In this document: in pieces, positions 9,436 to 19,700 of the stretch | Position numbering within the stretch: the first letter of the stretch is position 1 | How the letters are laid out: the number at the start of each line of letters is the position of its first letter | Assembly (NCBI GenBank): GCA_001552015.1 | Contig: CP010514.1 | Location: 510,001-542,000 of the forward strand | Direction of reading: 5' to 3' | DNA from: Candidatus Nanopusillus acidilobi | Lineage (GTDB): Archaea > Nanobdellota > Nanobdellia > Nanobdellales > Nanobdellaceae | Length of the DNA: 32,000 nt | Program-made: the position numbers and the translations under genes | The notes under the pieces: model-generated | Database searches by the model: none | Told to the model about the DNA's origin: nothing | What the model saw: the letters and a program-made list of their open reading frames with translations, nothing else

Positions 9436-9507
9436 GGGCCCGTAGTCTAGTGGTAGGATTCTGGCCTCGCTAGCCAGAGGTCCCGGGTTCAAATCCCGGC
9501 GGGTCCA
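9436..9507 (+). tRNA. tRNA-Ala(CGC)
   Basis: Cloverleaf: acceptor GGGCCCG/CGGGTCC with the G3:U70 alanine identity pair, anticodon arm CTGGC-CTCGCTA-GCCAG (anticodon CGC), T arm CCGGG-TTCAAAT-CCCGG, discriminator A. No encoded CCA. Confidence 0.93.
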
Positions 9508-9559
9508 GATAAAATTAACAATTTCCAAATATTTAAAGTACTAAGAAAAATAAAATTAT

Positions 9560-9973
9560 ATGAATATATACCAAAAAGAAATAAAAGTAGAAACAAAAGG
9601 TCCATATGATTTTATAGATATAACAGATAAGGTTAATGAATTATTAAAAGAATCTGGAATAAAAAATGGAATAATATCATTATTTTCATTACATAATACT
9701 GCATGTATAATAATACAAGAAAATGATAAAACAATATTTAAGGATATTGAAGAATTCTTTAATAGAATATTACCATTAAATATAAAATATCATCATAGTT
9801 ATGAGGGAAATATTAATGCAACGGCACATATAAAAACAAATTTATTATCTCAATCTTTATGTATACCAATAAAGGATGGAAAACTCTTGTTGGGAACATG
9901 GCAAAGGATAATATTTTTAGAATTATTTGAATCTAGAGAAAGAAGAGTATTCATAACAATAATTGGAGAATAA
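9560..9973 (+). CDS. YjbQ/UPF0047 family protein
   Basis: 137 aa; 'DITDKVNELLKESGIKNGIISLFSLHNTACIIIQEND', 'HHSYEGNINATAHIKTNLLSQSLCIPIKDGKLLLGTWQRIIFLELFESRERRVFITIIG' are hallmark UPF0047 motifs. Confidence 0.95.
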   Translation: MNIYQKEIKVETKGPYDFIDITDKVNELLKESGIKNGIISLFSLHNTACIIIQENDKTIFKDIEEFFNRILPLNIKYHHSYEGNINATAHIKTNLLSQSLCIPIKDGKLLLGTWQRIIFLELFESRERRVFITIIGE

Positions 9974-9981
9974 AAAAATTA

Positions 9982-10422
9982 TTAATAATGTAAAAGCATC
10001 CTTTCTCTTTTATTATTAAGAGGATTCTCTCTAAATAAAAAATAATATGATTTACTATACACGCATCTATTAATAAGTTCCGCTACACGTTCTGGTCCAA
10101 TATCAAATATTTCTTCGATATAATTATACCTAAAATACTTTTCTGCAAATTCTCTTCCTGAATTTTCATAACGTTTATAATTTATATTCATATATTTTAG
10201 CATTTTTTTAATTGAGCTTCTCTTATTTTTAAATAGCATAATTAATTCCTCTCCATAACCCAAATATTCCAATACTTCTTCAATTTTTATTTCTCCTACT
10301 TCACATACTCTAAGATTTTCACATTCTTTTATAAATCCTTTTGTAAAATAATATATAGCTGCAGGATTTATATTTTCTATATCATCTCCTATTATACTAT
10401 CTAAACTATCTGATTTTCTCAT
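9982..10422 (-). CDS. Hypothetical helical protein
   Basis: 146-aa ORF filling the space between yjbQ and alaX; soluble, charged, no recognisable family. Confidence 0.65.
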   Translation of the reverse strand: MRKSDSLDSIIGDDIENINPAAIYYFTKGFIKECENLRVCEVGEIKIEEVLEYLGYGEELIMLFKNKRSSIKKMLKYMNINYKRYENSGREFAEKYFRYNYIEEIFDIGPERVAELINRCVYSKSYYFLFRENPLNNKRERMLLHY

Positions 10423-10473
10423 GATTATATCTTTAAAAGAAAGACAAATAAAAATATCCTTATATTATTTTCT

Positions 10474-11178
10474 ATGACTGAAAAACTTTTCTGGCAGGAT
10501 CAATATTTAAAGGAATTTGAAGGAAAAGTTGTTGAAATTAGAGGAAAAGAAGTTATTTTGGATAGAACTGCATTTTATGCAAGAAGCGGTGGTCAACCAG
10601 GAGATACTGGAGAAATAAATGGAATAAAAGTAATAGATACGTATTATGATGATAAAGGAAATATTATACATTTATTAGAAAAAGAACCAAATTTTAAAGC
10701 TGGAGATATTGTTAAAGGAAAAATAGATTGGGAAAGAAGGTATAAATTAATGAGATTACATACAGCTTTACATATATTGTCTGCAGTATTAAATAATATG
10801 TTCGGCAATGTAAAAATTACCGGAAGCCAAATATATGAAGATAAAGCAAGAATAGATTTCGATTTAGATAAATTAGATGATGAATTAGTAAAAAAGATTG
10901 AAGAAAAAGCAAATGAAATTATTAATAAAGATTTACCTGTATATGCAAAATTTGTAAGCAAAGAAGAAGTTGAAAAAATGCCACAATTAAAAAGATTAAT
11001 GGATGAAAAAAGATATGAAAAATATGATGTTCTAAGAGTAGTTGGTATTGGAGATATTGATATACAATTAGATGGGGGAACTCATGTAAAATCTACAAAG
11101 GAAGTGGGAAGAATAAAAATTATTGGAAGAGAAAATAAAGGAAAAAATAATAAAAGGTTAATTATTACAGTTGAATAG
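10474..11178 (+). CDS. alaX: AlaX-type alanyl-tRNA editing protein
   Basis: 234 aa; 'FYARSGGQPGDTGEI', 'LHTALHILSAVL' and 'DIQLDGGTHVKSTKEVGRIKI'; standalone AlaRS editing-domain homologue. Confidence 0.93.
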   Translation: MTEKLFWQDQYLKEFEGKVVEIRGKEVILDRTAFYARSGGQPGDTGEINGIKVIDTYYDDKGNIIHLLEKEPNFKAGDIVKGKIDWERRYKLMRLHTALHILSAVLNNMFGNVKITGSQIYEDKARIDFDLDKLDDELVKKIEEKANEIINKDLPVYAKFVSKEEVEKMPQLKRLMDEKRYEKYDVLRVVGIGDIDIQLDGGTHVKSTKEVGRIKIIGRENKGKNNKRLIITVE

Positions 11179-11285
11179 TTTCTCTTTTCTAATCTATACT
11201 ATCTAATTCCTATATTTAACCTCTTTTTTAATTTAAATGAACTTATAAAATTAGAAGTTTTTCCAATAATTAAAAAAATTAATAA

Positions 11286-11858
11286 CTATTGTATTGGCTG
11301 TTTTATTTCATAAGGTTTCCATCCCATTTCTTTTCTAAAATTATTTATTAATTCTATTGATTTTATCTTTTCTTCTTTAAGCATATCTCTTTTTCTTAAT
11401 ACACCCATAAATAATGCATATAATCTTGCATTAACTGTTTTTGGAGATAGACCATATTTCATATCTTCCCTTAATTCTTCTAATATCTCTTTAACCTCTT
11501 CTGATCTATCTAATCCTTTATTTCCTATATCTTTAACTTTCTTCCCCAAATATAAATGACCTTTATCAACTACCAAAACTTTTCCATCACTAAATGTTAT
11601 CCTTCCTTTAAATATTCTATCATAAAATTGCCAAGATTCTAGTACATCTGGTTCCAATACTCTTAACCTATTAAATATAAATCTTCTAATTTCATCAGTA
11701 GATATTTTTCCAAATCCTTCTATCTTTATCCAATCTTCTAATTCTTTTACAATTTGCTTTGCAACTTCTTCAGATGCTCCTGCATTAATTAATGAATTAT
11801 ATACTTTATCTTCTAAAAATTCCTCTTCTTCACCAGATCTTTTTATTACTTTTACCAT
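11286..11858 (-). CDS. Standalone ATP-cone domain protein
   Basis: 190 aa; 'VIKRSGEEEEFLEDKVYNSLINAGASEEVAKQIVKELEDWI...ISTDEIRRFIFNRLRVLEPDVLESWQFYDR' is the ATP-cone signature; no NrdR-type N-terminal zinc ribbon and no fused catalytic domain. Confidence 0.8.
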   Translation of the reverse strand: MVKVIKRSGEEEEFLEDKVYNSLINAGASEEVAKQIVKELEDWIKIEGFGKISTDEIRRFIFNRLRVLEPDVLESWQFYDRIFKGRITFSDGKVLVVDKGHLYLGKKVKDIGNKGLDRSEEVKEILEELREDMKYGLSPKTVNARLYALFMGVLRKRDMLKEEKIKSIELINNFRKEMGWKPYEIKQPIQ

Positions 11859-12020
11859 AAATTTTTATTCTAAATTGATATTAATAAAATATTATTTATA
11901 ACAAAATTATAATTAAAATGAATATAACATAAATGATTCGAAAATTTCAATAAATGAATTTATAGAAAAATATTTGAATATAATAATTAAATTTAAAATA
12001 TTATAAAATAAATTATTTAA

Positions 12021-13070
12021 ATGGGTTTAGCAGAGATGAGAGAGCTAATAAAACCCGTAATAAAAGAAGTTGATTTTTCATATTTATCTGGAAAAGTTGT
12101 TGCATTAGATGCATTTAATGCTTTATATCAATTTTTAGCTGCAATAAGACAACCTGATGGTACACCTTTAAAAGATTCAAAGGGAAGGATTACTTCACAT
12201 TTATCAGGTTTATTTTATAGGACAAAGAATTTGATTGAGTATGGAATAAAGGTAATTTATGTATTTGATGGAAAGCATCCAGAATTTAAGAAAAAAGAAC
12301 AAGAATTAAGAGAGGAACAGAGAAAAAAGATGGAAGAAAAATATAAAAAAGCAATTGAAATGGGTATAAAAGGAGATTTAAAAAAATATGCAGAATTTAC
12401 ATCAAAATTGGAATTTAATATGGTGGATGAATCAAAAGAATTATTGGAAGCAATGGGAATCCCATACGTACAAGCTCCTTCTGAAGGAGAAGCACAGGCT
12501 GCATATTTAGTTAAGAAAGGAATTGCAGACTATGTTGGATCACAAGATTATGATTCATTATTATTTGGAGGATTGAGGGTTGCAAGAAATTTAACAATAA
12601 GTGGAAAGAGAAAAGTAAGAGGAGTAGAAGTTGAAATATCTCCAGAACTTGTTGAATTAAATGATATATTAAATTATTTAAAACTAGATTATAAAAAGTT
12701 AATATGGTTTGCTTTAATTGTCGGAACAGATTATAATCCTGATGGAATTCCTGGAATTGGAGTAAAAACTGCATATGAACTTGTAAAAAATAATGAAGAT
12801 CCTGAAAGATTATTTAAATATGTTGGATGGGAAAAATATTATAAAGAAATTTCATGGAAAGAACTTGAAGAATTCTTTGAAGATCCACCAGTAATTGAAA
12901 TAAATAAAGAAGATATAAAATTTGGAGAAGTTGATGAGGAAAAAATAAGAAAAATATTAATTGATGAACATGATTTTTCAGAAGATAGAGTAAATAAAGC
13001 TATTGAAGAATTAAAGAATGCATATAAAAAAGGTAGTCAAAAAAATATATTATCATTTTTTGGAAAATAG
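12021..13070 (+). CDS. fen: Flap endonuclease 1 (FEN-1)
   Basis: 349 aa; 'KVVALDAFNALYQFLAAIRQPDGTPL', 'GIPYVQAPSEGEAQAAYLVKKGIADYVGSQDYDSLLFG', 'GTDYNPDGIPGIGVKTA'; C-terminal PIP-like box 'QKNILSFF'. Confidence 0.96.
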   Translation: MGLAEMRELIKPVIKEVDFSYLSGKVVALDAFNALYQFLAAIRQPDGTPLKDSKGRITSHLSGLFYRTKNLIEYGIKVIYVFDGKHPEFKKKEQELREEQRKKMEEKYKKAIEMGIKGDLKKYAEFTSKLEFNMVDESKELLEAMGIPYVQAPSEGEAQAAYLVKKGIADYVGSQDYDSLLFGGLRVARNLTISGKRKVRGVEVEISPELVELNDILNYLKLDYKKLIWFALIVGTDYNPDGIPGIGVKTAYELVKNNEDPERLFKYVGWEKYYKEISWKELEEFFEDPPVIEINKEDIKFGEVDEEKIRKILIDEHDFSEDRVNKAIEELKNAYKKGSQKNILSFFGK

Positions 13071-13113
13071 TCAGAATGGGTAAAATTCATCACCTTTCAG
13101 TATACTTTTTTCA

Positions 13114-14715
13114 TCATCCATATGCTTTACTAATATATTCTTCAAAACATCTATAAGTATTAAATATTGGACCTACTGTTCTTATTGCATTTAATGATAC
13201 ATCTATATATTTATCATAATTATTTCTAAAGATATTTAATACATAATCTAACTTATTATAGAAATCTTCTACATCTTTTTCATCTGTATTTTTATTTATA
13301 TCATAATTATTTTCTCCAAAGAACCATCCATTATAATCATCAATTATTATTTCTAAAGGCGATCCATCTCTTGAAAATAATGTAGGAGTACCATTTAATG
13401 CAGCCCTCATCCATGAAGTACCTGAAGCTTCAAATGGAGGTCTTGGAATATGTAAAAATAAATCTGTACCTGCTAAAATTGTCCTTTCTTGTTCATATCC
13501 TCTATTTAATATTAATCCAATTGGTGTATTTAATGTTGACATAATATCTAAAATCCATCTAATTGTATTTTTTACAAATTCATCCTTTGGATGGAATGAA
13601 CCTGATAATAAAAATTGTATTTTATATTTTTTATCCAATTCTTCAAATCTTTCCAATCTCCATAATAACATATGAAATCTTTTATATTCAGTTAATCTTC
13701 TTTTTACAGTAATTAATATCCTATCTTCTCTAAATTCTTTATTTGAATATGAATTTACATTTATATAATCTATTAAATCTTTTCTTACAATATTTTTTAC
13801 TTTTATAAATTCTTTCCTATTTATAGATTGAGCATATGCAAATTTTCCAGGTTCATTTCTCCATCCATTTAAATATGTATCATATAAATATTCAATCTTT
13901 TTATTTACCCATCTTAAATGATATATACCATTTGTTACATAATCTATCTTTTTATTATATACACTTTCAGTAATTATTTTATGTTTATATGATACTGCAT
14001 TTACAAATCCAGATAATTCAAATAATATTTTTGTTAATGATAGTTTATTTGGAGAGATACTTTTTATTTCTCCAGGAATATCATAATATTTTTCTACTAA
14101 ATTATAATCAAATGAATCATGACCTGCAATAATTGAATGAGTAGTAAATACAACTTTTTCTTTTACCTTATTTATATCCCTATATCTTTTATATAATTCT
14201 ATTGCTAAAAAACCACCATGTGATTCATTTAAATGATATTTATCAATTTCTATTCCATAATTTTCAAAGAATTCTAATGCACCCAATCCTAATAATAAAT
14301 CTTTTAATAATTTTTCTTCCTCATTTTCTTCATAATATAATCTTCCAGTTAATTTCCTTATAATTGGATCATTTTCTTGTAAATCTGTATCAAATAAGAA
14401 TAATTTTGAATGGGATAATGGATATTGCCATACTTTAAAATATATTCTTTTATCTTTCAAATCTATATGAAATTTATCTTCAATTTCTAAAAAATATTCT
14501 AATGGATCATAACTTTCTTCTTCATATACTATTTCTTTATTTTTTATTTCATATTTTCCATATCCATTTTTATTTACAAATGTTACACCATATATTGGAT
14601 ATTTTAAATCATTTGATGAATAAAATAAATCTCCAGCCAAAATTCCCAATCCTCCAGCATATGTTGGTAATTTATCAATTGCAAATTCTTGAGATATAAA
14701 AGCAACTTTCTTCAT
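13114..14715 (-). CDS. glgP: Alpha-glucan phosphorylase-family (GT35) protein, short form
   Basis: 533 aa; 'PTYAGGLGILAGDLFYSSNDL', 'VKRRLTEYKRFHML', 'LSGSFHPKDEF', 'PRPPFEASGTSWMRAALNGTPTLFSRDGS'. The PLP-lysine position is Arg (see findings). Confidence 0.88.
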   Translation of the reverse strand: MKKVAFISQEFAIDKLPTYAGGLGILAGDLFYSSNDLKYPIYGVTFVNKNGYGKYEIKNKEIVYEEESYDPLEYFLEIEDKFHIDLKDKRIYFKVWQYPLSHSKLFLFDTDLQENDPIIRKLTGRLYYEENEEEKLLKDLLLGLGALEFFENYGIEIDKYHLNESHGGFLAIELYKRYRDINKVKEKVVFTTHSIIAGHDSFDYNLVEKYYDIPGEIKSISPNKLSLTKILFELSGFVNAVSYKHKIITESVYNKKIDYVTNGIYHLRWVNKKIEYLYDTYLNGWRNEPGKFAYAQSINRKEFIKVKNIVRKDLIDYINVNSYSNKEFREDRILITVKRRLTEYKRFHMLLWRLERFEELDKKYKIQFLLSGSFHPKDEFVKNTIRWILDIMSTLNTPIGLILNRGYEQERTILAGTDLFLHIPRPPFEASGTSWMRAALNGTPTLFSRDGSPLEIIIDDYNGWFFGENNYDINKNTDEKDVEDFYNKLDYVLNIFRNNYDKYIDVSLNAIRTVGPIFNTYRCFEEYISKAYG

Positions 14716-14775
14716 ATTCTTTATAATTTTAATAGAACTTTATATTTATTTAATACTACCTTCTCATGAAGAATG

Positions 14776-16695
14776 TTATAAAATTTTCCAAATATCAAAT
14801 TTTTCTTCAAAGAATTTTTCCAAATCATTTATATTTATCCTTATTTGTTCTTTTGTATCCCTAAATCTTACTGTAACTGTATTATCTTTTAATGTTTGAT
14901 CATCTACTGTAATACAATAATATGTCCCAATTTCATCCTGTCTTTTATATCTTATACCAATTCTTCCAGAATCATCATAATATACATCAAACTTTTTTCT
15001 TAATTTATTATATATTTCTTTTGCTAATTTTACCATATTTTCATTATTTTCTAATAATGGAAATACTGCAATTTGAATTGGAGATAAATAATCTGGTAAT
15101 CTTAATATTCTTCCATCATAATTAATTAATAATAATGAAAATATATTCCTATCAACTCCAAAAGATAATTCTAATTCAACTGGAATAAATTTTGATCCAT
15201 TTGGTCTTGTTAATATAAATCTTCTATCTTTTGATAATATAAAATGATTCCATAGATCATATCCAACATATATTTCATCCCCAATAAATAAATTTTCAAC
15301 ATCTTTTCTTATTTCTTCATCAACTTTATCAATTATTTCCCTATTAAATTTCAATACTCTGAAATGAATTCCTCCAACTTCTGTCCATCCAATTTCATCT
15401 AAATATATTTCTATATCAAAATGATACATATTATAGAAAGATTTTTCATTATCAGATAACTGATAAAATCTTATCCTTTCTTTTGGAATTTTTAATATAT
15501 TTATATAAAATTCAAATACTTTATACAAGAAATATAAATAAAATTTATCTATTTTTGTTTCATTATATATTTCTTCTAAGCTTTTTTCAATATAAGGTAA
15601 TTTCTTATCCCTATCTTTTACCAATAATACATTAATATATTTATCTTTATAAAATTCAAATTCATTTTCAAATGGATTATTATAATAATCAAAGAAAATT
15701 TGTAATTCTGCCTGTGTAAATTCCCTCATTCTTAATAATACATTTCTTGGAGATATTTCATTCCTAAATGCTTTTCCAATTACATATAATCCTAAAGGTA
15801 ATCTATATCTATTAATTATTATTTCGTTTGGAAAATTTACATATGGACCTTGTGCAGTTTCAGGTCTTAAAAACATTTCATTATTCTTTAATTCAATATA
15901 ATCTTTTATTAAATTATATAATTCATTTATATTAAAATCTATTTTTATTTCTTCGTTATTATTTAATATTTCCAAATAATTTATATCTTCTTCTTTTATT
16001 TCAATATTTTCTGGATAAACATAATATTCATTATCTTTAATCTTTATTATTATTTCTTTATTTTCATCAAAAATATATTTTTCATTATTTAAATTTATTG
16101 AATACAATTTTTTATTCTTCAAATAATTTTTTATTATATAGTTTAATTCTTTTTCATTTATTTTTCTATATTTTTTTATTAATAGATCTACTAAAAAACC
16201 ATATTTTCTTTTTATTTCTTCTAAGATTAAGAATAAATCATATACAGGTCCTACATATATTGGAAACATTAAATTGAATAATTTAACATTTGATAATTTT
16301 GATCCACATTCAGGACAAACAACCCTTTCTTCATCAAATATTTTATTCATTTCTTCAATTGTTAAACTTTCTGCCCTAATATTTAATTTTTCCTCAATTA
16401 ATTTATCTGCTCTAAATCTATGTCCATTTTTACATTCAACAATCGGATCATTAAATAATTCCAAATGTCTTGATGCAATAAATGTATTTTTATGCATTAT
16501 TTCTGAAGGTTGTATTTCATATATATTATCAAATAATTTTCCAAAATATATTCTCCATAAATTTTCAAATCTTCTTTTTAATAATGTACCTAAAGATCCA
16601 TAATCATAAAATCCAGATCTACTTCCATATATACTTTGAGATTCATAGAAAAATCCTCTATTAATAAAGAATTTTATTTTTTCATTTAAGTCCAT
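14776..16695 (-). CDS. glyS: Glycyl-tRNA synthetase, class II archaeal/eukaryotic type
   Basis: 639 aa; 'RGFFYESQSIYGSRSGFYDYGSLGTLLKRR', 'FLRPETAQGPYVNF', 'GIRYKRQDEIGTYYCITVDDQTLKDNTVTVRFRD'. Confidence 0.95.
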   Translation of the reverse strand: MDLNEKIKFFINRGFFYESQSIYGSRSGFYDYGSLGTLLKRRFENLWRIYFGKLFDNIYEIQPSEIMHKNTFIASRHLELFNDPIVECKNGHRFRADKLIEEKLNIRAESLTIEEMNKIFDEERVVCPECGSKLSNVKLFNLMFPIYVGPVYDLFLILEEIKRKYGFLVDLLIKKYRKINEKELNYIIKNYLKNKKLYSINLNNEKYIFDENKEIIIKIKDNEYYVYPENIEIKEEDINYLEILNNNEEIKIDFNINELYNLIKDYIELKNNEMFLRPETAQGPYVNFPNEIIINRYRLPLGLYVIGKAFRNEISPRNVLLRMREFTQAELQIFFDYYNNPFENEFEFYKDKYINVLLVKDRDKKLPYIEKSLEEIYNETKIDKFYLYFLYKVFEFYINILKIPKERIRFYQLSDNEKSFYNMYHFDIEIYLDEIGWTEVGGIHFRVLKFNREIIDKVDEEIRKDVENLFIGDEIYVGYDLWNHFILSKDRRFILTRPNGSKFIPVELELSFGVDRNIFSLLLINYDGRILRLPDYLSPIQIAVFPLLENNENMVKLAKEIYNKLRKKFDVYYDDSGRIGIRYKRQDEIGTYYCITVDDQTLKDNTVTVRFRDTKEQIRININDLEKFFEEKFDIWKIL

Positions 16696-16729
16696 CTAAA
16701 AAATATAATTAAAAAATTTTAATATTTTT

Positions 16730-19700
16730 CTAAATTAAAAATATTATTGATCCAATTATTCCTGCTAGTATTAATATATAATTAATATTTTCTGATACAA
16801 CCAATGAAGATTTATTTGAAGGTTCATTTACAATTAAATTATATTGTGCAGTTCCAATATTTTGTCCATTTACATTGAAGTTTAATAATAATGAAGAAGA
16901 TCCAATATATAATGGTAATACACTAAATTGTAATATATATGATTGATTTGGTTGTAATTGATCTATATTTATATTATTTGATGATTGTATTGGAATTTGA
17001 TTATATAATATTTCTGGTACATTTCCCATTTGTTGTAAATTTATTGTAATATTGTTTAATGTTGTATTTCCTATATTTGTTATATTTAATGCTAAAATAT
17101 ATTCTGGATAATCTAAACTAAATTCTAAATTATTTCCAATTGGTCCATATGTAGTATTTATATTAATTGGTTGAATATTTGCTTGTAATTTAATTATACC
17201 ATAATAAATGTATGTTTGAGTTACATTTAAATTAAATATTTCTGTTACACAATTAAATTGTCCATTTGTTAATGCAGAACATACAGTTATATTTCCATTA
17301 TTTGAATATGGTAAACTTAAATTAAATGAATAATAATTTGTATTTAAATTATTATTTGAATATACATTATTGTTATTATAATATACATTTATTGATTGAA
17401 TATTTTGATTTGATCCATTTACTGAAATTGTTGTATTTATATTTTGATTTGTTGCATTTAATATATTAATATCTATAATTGGAACCGTTATTCCTGATGA
17501 AGGTATATTTAAGTTAATTGTATTCGAATTAACACAATTTCCATTATAACATCCTTGTGCATATACTGAATAACTTCCTAGATATGAAACAATACATAAA
17601 GCATTTATATTTTGAAATTGATAATATGAATCGTAACAATATGGAGAATTATTTACATATAATGTATAATTTTGAGAACAACCTGTTATATAGATATTAT
17701 ATGAATTTTGAAAGTTTGAACTTTGCTGAGATGAGATAGAAATTTGCTGACCTACATTATAAGTATATGTTGATGATGCTGAAGATCCTGGTATTGAAGC
17801 TGTTACTGTTACTGAATATGAACCTGGAGATGTTGTTGGAGATGAATTTACATATAATGTTGCTGAACAGGAAGATCCACTAGTAGTACATGATGGATTA
17901 AGTGAACATGTTATACCAGAAGGTGCTGAACAATAAAAATTAACTGTTGTAGATAGTTCATAAGGATTATTTAAATTAACAGTCACTGTGGAATTCGTTT
18001 GAGTACCTGGACAAACTGGAGAAGAACTTGATGGATTTAATTGAACAGATGAGACTGAAACTACAGGCTGTATAGAAATACTAGGCATTATACCATTTGG
18101 GGGATATGATCTAGCAACTACCCATTCTACATATTGATAGGATTCAGAACCATCAGAATCCCCAGCACCTATTTCTAATGTACCATATTGGAAAGGATTA
18201 TAATTTAAATTAGAATATGTATATCCATTATTATTTACATTATATGTATTTAATAATGTTAATGGAACCCATACTTGATTAGAATTATAAATATAATATC
18301 CTGTTTGTGCATAAGATGAATTAACTATTAAATATGAATAAATCGTTCCTCCAGATGTTGGGAAAGGTGTATAATTTAAATATTGATCTGTTACTGCAGA
18401 TTTTAACATAGCCGCTCCACCAGTGGGGGGAGAACCATAATATTCAAATTGTACATATGTAGATAAATTAGATGCTGGTGTAACACCACCACAAGTAGTA
18501 TCCATTCCTCCTGTAATATTTACTCCACCACAGTAACCAGGAATAGTTGCAATTTGATAAGCCTCAATTTGTTGATTTGTATTTCCAAATAATGCTATTA
18601 CATTTGCATCTGAACTCTGAGTATAATACCAAGCTTCTTCAACAATCAAAGGTATTTCTGGAATATTCCAATTATTTGGAGGTAAAATATATGTACCTTC
18701 AGCAGTTTGATTGTTTAACATTTCAATACCGTTTGAAGTTGCTGTAGGAGACCAGGCCGCAGAAGTAACATATCCACTCCATCCATCAAATGTATTATCA
18801 AAATATCCATATACTATAAACACATCTTGTCCATTATCATATCCTGAAATTACCTGAGGAGATGTACCTACATATGGATAATACTGAGAATAATAATTAG
18901 CACTAGTAGGACCTATATACATATATATCGTTACATTACTATTAGCTGATATTCCTGTAGATATATTTATCCACCATACGTCACAGTATACTCCATTATA
19001 ATTTAATTGACCTTCATACCATGAATAGATTTTTGGGATACTCTCAAGAGTTGTTGTAAAGTATATATTTGATCCATTACTATTAATTTCATTAAATAAA
19101 TCAGCATTATTTATATATGCAAAACTATTACCAATATTTATACTTCCATTACATATTGCTATATCTTGTTGGAAAGGTGCTGGCGTTGCTTGAGATTGAG
19201 TATTTGTTATAGTAACTGCATACCAATTAACTTCTGAATCTAAAATAATTGAAGGCATTACACCATTTGGAGGATATGCTCTAGCTAATAAGTATTGAAA
19301 AACAGAACTAGAAGTGCCACTACTATGTGCTGTAACCAGTAATCCAATATATCCTTGTGATGCCATAGATGTAGGAGTTACGCAACTACCTTCTTGAGAT
19401 AAAACCCCTAAAGAACTTCCATAGAATCCACAAGCATAACTTGAATTTGGAAATACTAGTGCAAGAATTGTAGGATATGTTATACTATTACCATTATAAT
19501 TACCTGATGGCGCTATATAACTAGTTCCAGATTGCCATTGAATTGCATAGCCATTTCCATCAGTAACTATCATATCAACTTCTCCATTAGAATCTGATGA
19601 ATCAGTTACCTGATTTTGATAAAGTATTCCAGCTTTAGTCCAACCACTATCTCCAGAATTTCCTGTTAAAGATAAAACTTTTGCTTCTACAATTGCGGGT

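Noticed and set aside
17557-17739. Identical 60-aa + strand ORFs at 17557-17739 and 20828-21010
   Set aside because: Both are antisense to surface genes A and B and are identical only because they lie in the 580-bp direct repeat. Used only as confirmation of the repeat offset.
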